Assembly (NCBI GenBank): GCA_038727515.1
Contig: JAVYVS010000001.1
Location: 96,001-160,000, forward strand
Length of the DNA stretch: 64,000 nt
Reading direction: 5' to 3'
DNA from: Candidatus Methanomethylicia archaeon
GTDB lineage: Archaea > Thermoproteota > Methanomethylicia > Culexarchaeales > Culexarchaeaceae
Both the position numbers and the translations under genes were made by a program. How positions within the stretch are numbered: position 1 is the stretch's first letter; every line of letters begins with the position of its first letter. Shown here piece by piece: positions 10,013 to 19,580 of this stretch. The notes under the pieces are model-generated. The model was not told where the DNA came from, searched no databases, and was given only the letters and a program-made list of their open reading frames with translations.

Positions 10013-11550
10013 AGGTAGTAGAATATTTAAGTAAACAAAATTTCCCATGTAAGAGACCATTTATAGAATACGTGATCGATAAAATCCATAATGATAAGGA
10101 AAATAATCCATTTTTTATAAATGCTCCAACGGGTTATGGAAAAACATTTATTTCAATGAGTGTAGCCCTTAATGAACTTACAAATGGCTATAAAACAATA
10201 ATATCATACCCATTAAGATCATTAATTGAAGATCAAAAATTTAAAATTAACAGTTTCATGGATTGGATTGGTAAAAGAGATGTTGTAGGCTGTAGATATA
10301 TGGGTGACGCAACTTCCATATATTTAGTATATCCGATAACATTAACAACTATAGACACACTTTCTCTAACGGCCTTAGGCATATCGCCGGAAGATACAAA
10401 AAGTATTTTTAATGAACTTATGGGAACAAACTATGGAAGTTTAGGTCACTACATATTTTCTTGGGCATCTGTATATACATCGACCATAATATTGGATGAA
10501 GTTCATTTATTATATGATAGCTCTAAATCACTAAGTTTTCTTATTTCTTTATTAAAAATAAGTAGAGAGCTTGGTAATAGGTTAATATTCATGTCTGCAA
10601 CAATTCCAGATAAATTTATACAAAAATTAAAAAAGTATCATAAAAACGTAATCTATGAAAAATTCAACAAAAATATTGATCCCACGTTTTATGAGGAAAG
10701 AAAAGAGAAAAATTATGAAATAAAATTAGAATCTTATACTTCAGAGGAAAAGTTGGAAAATATAAAGAATATAATTGAAAATGATGAAAAGAAGTTTAAT
10801 AGAGCTTTAATAGTTTTTAACACTATTGAAGATGCTATTAAACTCTATAGTATGATAAAGGGCAATAAAATATTAATACATTCAAGATTTTCGATTAAAG
10901 ACAGAGAAGAAAAGTTAAAGCTCATTGAAAAGTTAAGTTGCCAAAATAAACTTATAGTTATAGGTACACAAGCAATTGAAGCTGGGGTAGACTTCTCTTC
11001 AGATCTAATAATAAGTGAGATAGCACCCCCAAACTCCTTAATTCAAAGATTTGGAAGATTTTTAAGAAAATATGAAAAAAATGGAAAGGCATACATATGG
11101 TATGAAGAGAATATTTTAAATGATGATAAAAAACTAAATTACAAAGTTTATGATAAACAGTTAATTACCAGAACAATAAAATATCTAGAACAGCATAAGA
11201 GTATTAACCTCCATATAGATTTTGAAAACTTTTTAAATGAGGTTTATGTTGATGATCCAAAAGTAGATGAAAAACTAGTAGATGAAATAATATATATAAT
11301 GTTTGATTTAAGAGAACCCACTAAATCAGCATTTAAACTTTTACTGGAAATGGAGGGAAGTTTCATAAGAGATGGAAATATATTTACCGCAGTAACGGAA
11401 GATAACATTGAAGTTCCTGTAAATTACAATTTCCTTAGAAACAGATGCATAGATCCTCTATTAAATGAGAAAGATGCTATAATTAAAGCTTTGCAAGGTT
11501 TTAAATTCCGTGTTAAAGGGAAATATGATAAAGAAGTGGGATTGGTGTAG
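9988..11550 (+). CDS. cas3: Cas3' helicase
   Basis: APTGYGKT, DEVH, MSAT, TQAIEAGVD, QRFGR. Confidence 0.95.
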   Translation: MGLKEAYLKVVEYLSKQNFPCKRPFIEYVIDKIHNDKENNPFFINAPTGYGKTFISMSVALNELTNGYKTIISYPLRSLIEDQKFKINSFMDWIGKRDVVGCRYMGDATSIYLVYPITLTTIDTLSLTALGISPEDTKSIFNELMGTNYGSLGHYIFSWASVYTSTIILDEVHLLYDSSKSLSFLISLLKISRELGNRLIFMSATIPDKFIQKLKKYHKNVIYEKFNKNIDPTFYEERKEKNYEIKLESYTSEEKLENIKNIIENDEKKFNRALIVFNTIEDAIKLYSMIKGNKILIHSRFSIKDREEKLKLIEKLSCQNKLIVIGTQAIEAGVDFSSDLIISEIAPPNSLIQRFGRFLRKYEKNGKAYIWYEENILNDDKKLNYKVYDKQLITRTIKYLEQHKSINLHIDFENFLNEVYVDDPKVDEKLVDEIIYIMFDLREPTKSAFKLLLEMEGSFIRDGNIFTAVTEDNIEVPVNYNFLRNRCIDPLLNEKDAIIKALQGFKFRVKGKYDKEVGLV

Positions 11551-12264
11551 ATGGTTGTATATAGCTTTTATTATCCTGAAAAGGGAGTGATGGAAAGATT
11601 AAGAGATCATATTCTAACAGCTTTAGAAACCTTTAATGTAAATAGTAAACTAGTAAAATTTGGTGAAAAACTAAATAAGAATTTTTATAAAATTTTAAGA
11701 TATAGTATAATTTTCCATGATTTTGGGAAGATACCATTTAATCAATATACATTTAATCCTAATAAAAGGCTTGATTTTTCAGGACATGAAATAATTTCAT
11801 GTTATGCAACTGATATATACCTAACAAAAATCCTTGAAAAAGATTCTGATTTTACAAATGAATGTAAAAAAATAATTTTGCTTGCAATACTACTTCATCA
11901 TCATCCTATGAAATTAAAAGAAAGATTGCAGAGATTGAGTAGAACAAATAACATGATGATAAACTCAGAAACCTTTAAAATTTTTTACCAAGAGATTGAT
12001 GGAATAAAAGACATGCAATTTATTCCTATTCAAATAAGTAAAAGCATAAATGAAATGGTTGCTGAAGTGGATGGTAGATGGGGGTTGATGAGGGAATTGT
12101 GGCGAGAAATTTGGATGAATTCAGATAGTAAGGTTAAGAAAACATTTCTTTTAACTATGCAAGGATTAATTAGTGCAGATTATAATTCAGCTATTAAATT
12201 GAGAGGAAATGGTGAGAAAGATTTTGCTAAAACTATCCATTTATTTCTAAAATTTTATTCCTAA
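11551..12264 (+). CDS. cas3'': Cas3'' HD nuclease
   Basis: HDFGK, HE, LHHH, SADY motifs; split cas3 typical of I-A. Confidence 0.93.
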   Translation: MVVYSFYYPEKGVMERLRDHILTALETFNVNSKLVKFGEKLNKNFYKILRYSIIFHDFGKIPFNQYTFNPNKRLDFSGHEIISCYATDIYLTKILEKDSDFTNECKKIILLAILLHHHPMKLKERLQRLSRTNNMMINSETFKIFYQEIDGIKDMQFIPIQISKSINEMVAEVDGRWGLMRELWREIWMNSDSKVKKTFLLTMQGLISADYNSAIKLRGNGEKDFAKTIHLFLKFYS

Positions 12265-12271
12265 AGAGATA

Positions 12272-12859
12272 TTAATTACCATGGCATATTCTATTGTACC
12301 AGCATGTTTTGCATTTTGTTTTTTGTTTTATTGGTGGTATTGTTTTTCCATTTATTATTTCATGTGTTTTTTGTATGATTTTTATTGTGTGGTTTTTTAG
12401 TTGTTTTGTTAGTATTCTTTCATGCCATAGTTTTGTTGGTTTGTAGTATAATATGATTTTGTATGCTGTTTGTTTTAGTGTTTCTTCTGCCATTATTGCG
12501 TATGTTGTTGTTTGGTATATGTGGTCTGGGTATGGTTTTTTGGTTTCGCTGTATTTTATTTCTAGTATGTGCATTTTGTTGTTTTTCCAGTATATGGCGT
12601 CTGCTATTCCTACTACTTTGTATTTCTCGCTTTTTAGTGGTACTGAGAATAATGTTTTTTCTGCTTGTATTCTTATTTCTCCCAGTATGCTTTTCCTTCT
12701 TTCAGCTGTTTCTTTGTCTTTTTCATATTCTTCCTTTCCATCCATCATCATTTGTGTTTCTGGTTCTATGATTCTTCTGACATGTTTTTGGTAGAGTATT
12801 GTTGGGCAGAATAGGTAGTCTCTTACATGTATTGGTGTTATGTAGACTTCCTCCTCCAT
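12272..12859 (-). CDS. cas4: Cas4 exonuclease
   Basis: YLFCP, GIAD, EIK, Q..TY, CKTCWYNRIC Fe-S cysteines. Confidence 0.93.
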   Translation of the reverse strand: MEEEVYITPIHVRDYLFCPTILYQKHVRRIIEPETQMMMDGKEEYEKDKETAERRKSILGEIRIQAEKTLFSVPLKSEKYKVVGIADAIYWKNNKMHILEIKYSETKKPYPDHIYQTTTYAIMAEETLKQTAYKIILYYKPTKLWHERILTKQLKNHTIKIIQKTHEIINGKTIPPIKQKTKCKTCWYNRICHGN

Positions 12860-12868
12860 TTTTACACC

Positions 12869-13147
12869 TCATATTATGATTATTTCCTCTTCTTCTTCGG
12901 TGTATGGTTCTCCAATGATCTCCCTTAATTTTAGGTCTGCATCACATATTTGGAATATTTGTATGTTTCCCTTGTTTTTCCCTAGTATTTTTGTTAACTT
13001 CTTTTTTAGGTGTTTTCTTGTTTGAGCATTTATTTCTCCTATGAAGGCGCTTTTCTGTATTCTTATAAGTCCAGCTTCTTTGCATGCTTGTGCTATGGCT
13101 AATCTAATTTTATCGTCTGTTATATCGTATATTACTAGTGTATGCAT
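12869..13147 (-). CDS. cas2: Cas2
   Basis: VIYDITDD, RIQKSAFIG. Confidence 0.96.
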   Translation of the reverse strand: MHTLVIYDITDDKIRLAIAQACKEAGLIRIQKSAFIGEINAQTRKHLKKKLTKILGKNKGNIQIFQICDADLKLREIIGEPYTEEEEEIIII

Positions 13148-13160
13148 TTCTAAACGCCCT

Positions 13161-14177
13161 TCATATGATGTTGTATGGTTGATATGTGTTTACGTATTTC
13201 ATTATGTATTTTGCTAGTCTATGTGGTTGTAGATGTATGTGTCCACTTAGGGGTATGCTTCTATCCATAAACGTTGTTTTTGTCTTTAATTGTTCATAGA
13301 ATGCTTTTAACAGTTTTCTACGTCCTTCTTCACTTAACTTTTTATTTGGTTCTAAGAGTGTTTTCCATTCATTTGTTGTTGTGAAAATGTTTATTAAGGT
13401 TTTGTCAACTGTTGGCTGTCTGAATTCCTCCATTAAATCCATTACTAAGCTTGGTCTTCTACTACTATCTTCATGGAGGTATCCAATGTATGGGTCTAAT
13501 CCTGAAAGTTCCACTGCAAACCATACTTCACTTGCCAGTATTGTGTATAGATAGTTTAGAGATATGTTGAATGGGTCTTCTGGATTATCATACTTCTTCC
13601 TCCTCTTACCATCATATCCCACTTCACTTGGAATCACTAGGTTTAATGCTTCCCAATAATATTTACTTGCTTCAGCTTCCTTTGAAATATATAATTGTTT
13701 ATTATTGCTTGGACCATAATTTTCAATGTAATTCGAAATCTCCATGATCTTAGAAATATACCAACCAAGTTTTTCACTAATTTCACGATTAATTCTCATT
13801 TTAATCTTTCTAATCCTCTTTAAAAGATTCAATTGATTCCTAATTTTATTTACAACTATAATCCACCTTATAAAATCCCCTCTAGAATCTTCTTGAGCTT
13901 TAATCTGTTCTTTCTTAAGTTTAACAGATCCACCTTTACCCATAGGTTGAAGTTTACCTATAGGTCTATCTCCAGAGAGTAAAATTAATTGTATATTATG
14001 CTTTAACAATAACCTTAAAGCATCTCCACTAAAACTTATACCACTGGCATTAGCTATAATACATGAAACATTACCAACACTAATACTCTTCTTTTCTCCA
14101 CCTCTACTAATAATTAGCATTCCACCCTTCTTACCCACATAATAACCATAACCGTCAAGAATGATTCTTCTCACCAC
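13161..14177 (-). CDS. cas1: Cas1 integrase
   Basis: EAEASKYYW, DPFNISLNYLY, GLDPYIGYLH, SLVMDLMEEFR. Confidence 0.97.
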   Translation of the reverse strand: MVRRIILDGYGYYVGKKGGMLIISRGGEKKSISVGNVSCIIANASGISFSGDALRLLLKHNIQLILLSGDRPIGKLQPMGKGGSVKLKKEQIKAQEDSRGDFIRWIIVVNKIRNQLNLLKRIRKIKMRINREISEKLGWYISKIMEISNYIENYGPSNNKQLYISKEAEASKYYWEALNLVIPSEVGYDGKRRKKYDNPEDPFNISLNYLYTILASEVWFAVELSGLDPYIGYLHEDSSRRPSLVMDLMEEFRQPTVDKTLINIFTTTNEWKTLLEPNKKLSEEGRRKLLKAFYEQLKTKTTFMDRSIPLSGHIHLQPHRLAKYIMKYVNTYQPYNII

Positions 14178-15141
14178 TAATCTTCAACCTCCTAGAACTA
14201 CAATAATCATAGTATATACAGTAATCTGGGCATTCAACTGGGTAACCTGGATCTTCACCCATCTGTATTATATCAAAAGCTTTATCTCTAATTTCAATAA
14301 ACTCCCTCCTAATATTATCATCAATGAAAAATACATCGTTCCTAACTTTCACAAAACCATCTTTAATAGATAAATAGGATATAACACCATAATCCACTGG
14401 AACTTCTAAATCAGCTTCAATAGCTAAAGCATAACCTGCAAGAGTATATTTATGGAAATCCCTAACATCACCAGTTTTAATATCCACAACAAGTCTATTA
14501 TCTAGGAAAACATCAACCTTAAGTTCCTTGGATAAACCTATAAATCTTCCATCCACAATCTTCTCCTCAAAGGCTGGGAGAAGTTTACCAACAACATTCT
14601 CAACCTTAGGATAACTTAAACTGCAAAGTATTTCATCAAGTTTAGCACAAACATTCAAAACAATATAATCAAATAATATGTTGGAATCATTCCTTAAAAC
14701 ATTGTAATCATCACCTTTAACATACCTATCAACGTTATGATGCTTAAAAATAGAATCAATAAATTTTTCACGTTCATTCATGAGGAGCATAAAAAGTTCA
14801 CATCCCCTAACAAGTCCATGAGAGTAAAGTTTACCTCTCACAAGAGAGTAAATCCCAGAGCAAATATCATGGTAAATCCATCCTCTAACAGTCTTAAAAC
14901 TTATTGGTGCAGAAATATTTACAACTCTACGTAGATAAACATCCCTATAATTCGGACAGTAACGATTGGCAACTTCAGAAACACTTAAGAAAACATCATC
15001 AACAGGTGGAGAGAGAATATCACTACTCCAATTCCAACCCCGCAGTTCATCAGAAATACTACTAGAACCATAAAGCCTCTTCAAACGAGTAATCAATCTA
15101 TCAAGTTCATGACTAGAAACTATAAACATAAATAAAACCAA
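14155..15141 (-). CDS. csa1: Csa1 (Cas4a)
   Basis: ELRGWNW, YCPNYRDVYL, LAGYALAIE, CPDYCIYYDYC. Confidence 0.92.
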   Translation of the reverse strand: MVLFMFIVSSHELDRLITRLKRLYGSSSISDELRGWNWSSDILSPPVDDVFLSVSEVANRYCPNYRDVYLRRVVNISAPISFKTVRGWIYHDICSGIYSLVRGKLYSHGLVRGCELFMLLMNEREKFIDSIFKHHNVDRYVKGDDYNVLRNDSNILFDYIVLNVCAKLDEILCSLSYPKVENVVGKLLPAFEEKIVDGRFIGLSKELKVDVFLDNRLVVDIKTGDVRDFHKYTLAGYALAIEADLEVPVDYGVISYLSIKDGFVKVRNDVFFIDDNIRREFIEIRDKAFDIIQMGEDPGYPVECPDYCIYYDYCSSRRLKISGEKNHS

Positions 15142-15246
15142 GAAATACTTGATAAGAGAAAAGATAAATTTTACATAAACATTTAGAATCTGAAGGTTAC
15201 GCTAAATTTATAAGTAAATGTACTGGGAAACTGTTTTTGGCTTCAT

Positions 15247-15597
15247 ATGAGGAAGATAACTTTTAATGATATTTTGGAGAGGGGTAGGATTGTTTCTTGG
15301 GATGATGAGAAGGTTTGTGTGGAGTTGTCTGGTTTAACTAGTGATGGAGTTAGGGTTAAAGGTGTCTTCACACTTTTAAGGAATGTTAAGAGTGTAGAGT
15401 TTGGTGGGTTTGGTTTACCCTTTGTTTCAGAGTATAAGATTAATTTTAATGGTGTAGAGGTTTGTAGTGGTCAAACAAGATCTAAATATTGTGATGGTGA
15501 ATATTCTTTCGAATTTAAATATCTTTTAAGGGTTGAGAAGGAGAATTTATTGGATTTCACAAACATCTTCTTAATCTTCATGGAAATTGAGAAATAA
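15247..15597 (+). CDS. hypothetical protein
   Basis: 116-aa ATG ORF divergent from csa1, with host-like G/T-rich 5' codon usage. Confidence 0.6.
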   Translation: MRKITFNDILERGRIVSWDDEKVCVELSGLTSDGVRVKGVFTLLRNVKSVEFGGFGLPFVSEYKINFNGVEVCSGQTRSKYCDGEYSFEFKYLLRVEKENLLDFTNIFLIFMEIEK

Positions 15598-16057
15598 AGT
15601 TTAGAGGAAATCTTGAAATGTATATTTGTAGACCTTGAATCATGGATTTACAGTATGTTTAAACATATTCCTCAATCTTTTCAATGAAGTGAAGTAATCA
15701 TCATAATATGGATTTTCCCATCCCTAACAATTTTAAGTTATCTCTATCGTAGATTCACCTAAACCCTAGGTTTTCCATTATGTTTTTGGAAAGACGTTTA
15801 TGTATCTGAAACCGTTTACTTCAATTTTATGGAAACAATCTCTAAAAATGATGTAAGAAGATGCTTAGAATCAAAATATATTAAAACATGGGAAAAGGCA
15901 ATTGGAGGAGATTGGTTAAATCGATGTTGTTTATGTAGTTGATTTAGATGGTTATATGGGGATCATCTGTATTGACATAGGATATGCATAAGAATAAATG
16001 ATAGCTATAATTCAAATTTTACTTTAGCATAAATTTAAGGTATATGTGTGAAATGAA

Positions 16058-17209
16058 CTATACTCCAATATTTAATAGGAATTCTGGTATATCTTCTTCT
16101 TCAAGTATTATGGTGTTTTTTGGGTATTTTCTATGTGGTTTACCAGCTTTAACTTCAATCTTTAAATTTCCAGCTATACAATCAATTTCAAAGCTATTCC
16201 TATAATAGTAAATTTCATTAAATTTTCTAAATAAATGTTCTTGTACAATATTTTCATATAATGTTGCATCAAGGAATTTCTCTCCAGTCCAAAATGAAAT
16301 GGTATGTAAAATGGAGGGGTCTCTGAAGAATATCTTCTTCTCCCTTCTAAAACTAACTTTTCTATTCCATTTCCAATAAGCTAAACCTAAAACATATAAA
16401 TCCTCAAACTTCTCTAAATATTCAGCTACAGTCTTATAACTTACTCCAACATCTCCAGCTATGGATTGATATGAAATTGGTGAGGGTAATTTACTTAATA
16501 AACTTGTGAAGATTTGATAGGAGGTTTTAACACTTAAACCAATCTTCAGTATATCGCCTTCAAAAGCTTTAATCCAATCACCATAAAACTTCTCACGATA
16601 ATTTATTGAATTTGGGAAACCACCAAACATCTTATAGTATTCGAAAGCCTCCTTTAACTCACTACTTCTCCCTTCAATCTTTAAAGCTTTAATAAATTCA
16701 GTGAAGGATAGTGGCATAACACTTATAACCCTACCACTACCAGTTCTACCGGGGAAAAGCTCAACCTCCCTCCTCAACTTCAAACTCATAGATCCAGAAA
16801 CAGTAATCACTGAATTGCTAAATCCTCCAGCATCAATTAAACCCTTTAAAGGTTTCCACCAACCCTCTAAACTAGTAACTTCATCCATAAAAATAAATTT
16901 AAATCCCCTCCTCAAAAGGAGGAGTAAAACCTCTTGAAACCTCTCAACACTTGGAATAAGTTCAACATTTAAATAAACTATCTCATTAGCATTAACACCC
17001 TTCTCAATTAAATCTTTAATCAACAATTTAATCCCAGTGGTTTTACCAACCTGTCTAGGACCCAAAATAAAATTCAAACTAAAGGGGTTTAGAGAAACAT
17101 CATTTATCCATTTAGGAATCCACTTTATCTTCTGCTTCTCCCACCTCTCTAAATCAATATCTTCCTCCTCAAACCACCATGGATTTAAAACTTCTAAAAC
17201 TTCCTTCAC
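16058..17209 (-). CDS. AAA+ ATPase (COG1373; AAA_14 + DUF4143)
   Basis: GPRQVGKTT, FMDEV, GGFP, EIDC...IEVK. Confidence 0.9.
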   Translation of the reverse strand: MKEVLEVLNPWWFEEEDIDLERWEKQKIKWIPKWINDVSLNPFSLNFILGPRQVGKTTGIKLLIKDLIEKGVNANEIVYLNVELIPSVERFQEVLLLLLRRGFKFIFMDEVTSLEGWWKPLKGLIDAGGFSNSVITVSGSMSLKLRREVELFPGRTGSGRVISVMPLSFTEFIKALKIEGRSSELKEAFEYYKMFGGFPNSINYREKFYGDWIKAFEGDILKIGLSVKTSYQIFTSLLSKLPSPISYQSIAGDVGVSYKTVAEYLEKFEDLYVLGLAYWKWNRKVSFRREKKIFFRDPSILHTISFWTGEKFLDATLYENIVQEHLFRKFNEIYYYRNSFEIDCIAGNLKIEVKAGKPHRKYPKNTIILEEEDIPEFLLNIGV

Positions 17210-17690
17210 AATAGAAATATAAATTCCATAAATTTATAAATATTTAGAGATGGCAACTCTATAAATTTAAGTATAATCTTAATTGTTTAGAAGATTAATA
17301 TGATATTCTTATAAGCACAACTCTCAATACTTATCTCTAATGAAATAAGAAGTATGGAAAGGTTAAGTTAATATGTGTTTATGAATACCTTCAAGGTAAA
17401 TATTTGGCTTCCATCAATGAAATTCTTTGATCAAAGACTTGAAAAGAAGCATAAACATTTTTTAGTTATATCAAGAGGAGCCCATTACATGGTTACTACG
17501 CGAATAATACTATGAAACAAGTGCTGATGCTAGCTACATCATTTTATACCAATAAGTTTTTATATTGATGTAATGAAAACAGATTCGAGGATCTTGAAGA
17601 AGATTGGTCGTATAGAGTTGATTACATATAAACGCATTGGTAGAGTGTATAGTTTAAAGGTTCTTAAGAAGATCATGGAGGAATCAAAGG

Positions 17691-18131
17691 GTGACTGTGA
17701 GAGTAAAGGTGAAAATTAAGAGTTTAAAGGGATTAAGGATTGGTGGCGTTATTGAGACTAGTTCACTTTTAAATACTGGGTATGCTGGATCTTCCCCAGA
17801 AATCATAGTACCAGTGAAGTTAGCTGAGAATCTTGGACTTTGGCCATTGCCTAATGAAGCCATAGAATCCATATATGATACTGCAGGCGGCCCAGCAAGA
17901 TTCTATATGATCAGAGAAGCTGCAATCATTCAAGTAGTTGAGGAAGATTGTACATCAAAAGAACTCGTAGTTGACATAGTCGTATCGCCCTTAGAAAGAG
18001 AGGTTCTGTTAAGCGATTTCGTCATAGGCGAGTTAGGTATAGTAATCTTAAACGCTTACAGAGGATTTTGGAAATTCGATAGAGACGATTTGGGAAAGAT
18101 AAGATATAGTAAAAGACCTGAACTTTGGTGA
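17691..18131 (+). CDS. Retropepsin-like (clan AA) fold protein, NTG variant
   Basis: VRVKVKI...LLNTGY...PEIIVP...LGLWP, VLLSD. Confidence 0.65.
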   Translation: MTVRVKVKIKSLKGLRIGGVIETSSLLNTGYAGSSPEIIVPVKLAENLGLWPLPNEAIESIYDTAGGPARFYMIREAAIIQVVEEDCTSKELVVDIVVSPLEREVLLSDFVIGELGIVILNAYRGFWKFDRDDLGKIRYSKRPELW

Positions 18132-18194
18132 TCAATTTAATCGTCTATTAAATGTAGTAAACTTTGTATCACCTTCTTTACCACAGGAGGATTC

Positions 18195-18426
18195 TTTGGG
18201 TAGAAATCCCCTCAAACAGAGGATATGAATGTATCTAAAAGGATTTGAAGATGCAAAACTTATAAAAGAAATGGATGAGAAGGTTAGGGGACAAGTTGTA
18301 AATGTTGCTTGTTTACCGGGGATAGTTAAATATTCATTAGCGATGTTTAATACACATTAGGAGTATGGTCTTCCAATTGGTGAGTGGCAAAATAGATATA
18401 GAAGTTAAAGAAGAAGGTTATTTCCC
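18195..18426 (+). pseudogene. rtcB: RtcB RNA ligase N-terminal remnant
   Basis: [41 protein letters not shown] resembles RtcB [27 protein letters not shown]; stop at 18358, frameshifts, truncated. Confidence 0.8.
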
Positions 18427-18438
18427 ATTTATATGTGT

Positions 18439-18942
18439 TTATTCATGTAGGTTTATGATTTCGATTTTCATGGTTTTAGTGTCTAGGATGGCTATGGTTG
18501 ATTTTCCCGTTAGGTATCCACATACTTCCCCTGGATTTATTACTAGGGTTTTTCCAATGGTGTAGGTTTCTGCTTTATGTGTGTGGCCGTGGATTACAAT
18601 GTTGAAGTAGTTTGAGTTTATTAGAGCTTTTAGTAGGGTTTCATCATCTCCATGTATTAATGCTATTTTTAGGTTGTTAATATTCAACTCTGCAAATCTT
18701 CCATATATTTCCCCATTTAATTCTTGGAATCTTCTTCTAATTAGGTTTTGATCTCCATCATTGTTTCCAAATACACCTATTAATTTAGCTTTTAATGGTT
18801 TGAAACGTGAAACTGCGAAGGGTGCTATGTAATCTCCAGCGTGGAGGACGTATTCAACGTTTTCTTCATTTAATCTCTTTACAGCTTCATCTATCATTTG
18901 AAGTCTATCATGTGTATCTGAGATTATTCCAATTTTCATCAT
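18439..18942 (-). CDS. Metallophosphoesterase, YfcE/MJ0936 family
   Basis: SDTH, HAGD, GNND, HG, GHTH, NPG. Confidence 0.93.
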   Translation of the reverse strand: MMKIGIISDTHDRLQMIDEAVKRLNEENVEYVLHAGDYIAPFAVSRFKPLKAKLIGVFGNNDGDQNLIRRRFQELNGEIYGRFAELNINNLKIALIHGDDETLLKALINSNYFNIVIHGHTHKAETYTIGKTLVINPGEVCGYLTGKSTIAILDTKTMKIEIINLHE

Positions 18943-19013
18943 TATTTAGATTTGTTTGATGGATTTAAATGGTTTGTGGAAAGATTTTTCTTTAGGTTTA
19001 AATTAGCTTTTTT

Positions 19014-19068
19014 TGGATGATGAGAGTCATGTCAACTGATTTATGAAGAATCCTAGGGTATCTGACAC
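19014..19068 (+). ncRNA. Box C/D sRNA
   Basis: ATGATGA(19017)-12 nt-CTGA(19036)-TGAAGA-12 nt-CTGA(19062), intergenic, canonical archaeal spacing. Confidence 0.8.
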
Positions 19069-19115
19069 TATAGTAATTTATTTCTTAAGTTTATTTTCAA
19101 ATTATATGGGGTTGA

Positions 19116-19556
19116 ATGTCTTTTGAATATTTGAAGAATCATTTTAAGAAGATTTATCCTTCTTGTTCTTCTATTGAAATTGAGAATTTGGTTTCAGCTA
19201 TAATCCATGATAAGTATTGGAAGGTTCATCCAAATAAGGGTGATGCAATTTATGTTGTTGCTTTAACTAGAGCTAGATATCCATGTGATAATGGTTTTAG
19301 AGCTAGAGCCACAGCTGTAAATACCATTATAGTTTCACGTAGAGCTGCAAAATTTTGTAGGCGTGGTAGAATTTTATTGGCTAAAAGAGTTGATGATAAG
19401 TATTTTTCGGAGACTGTTATTGATTGGCCAGCCTTCCTAAAAATTATACGTTTAAATGAAGATTTCATATACAGTTTCCTAGTGGAAAATGAAAATCCAC
19501 CTGTCTTCCTAAATAAACGTATACTTTCAAAAATCCTTAAAGAGTTAAAGTGTTGA
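19116..19556 (+). CDS. hypothetical protein
   Basis: 146-aa ATG ORF with plausible composition. Confidence 0.7.
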   Translation: MSFEYLKNHFKKIYPSCSSIEIENLVSAIIHDKYWKVHPNKGDAIYVVALTRARYPCDNGFRARATAVNTIIVSRRAAKFCRRGRILLAKRVDDKYFSETVIDWPAFLKIIRLNEDFIYSFLVENENPPVFLNKRILSKILKELKC

Positions 19557-19580
19557 GTATCTTTAGATTCATGGTGAAAG

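Noticed and set aside
12453-12794. Two hydrophobic + strand ORFs
   Set aside because: Antisense shadows of A/C-rich cas4
15600-16050. Possible decayed gene or minus-strand C/D-like motif
   Set aside because: No recognisable protein motif; the would-be D box is CTGT and spacing is poor
17573-17719. 48-aa ORF overlapping the start of 17691
   Set aside because: No recognisable motif; may be a remnant
18358-18360. In-frame TAG as possible pyrrolysine
   Set aside because: It replaces a Trp codon in a frameshifted, truncated rtcB, and neither MttB has an amber codon
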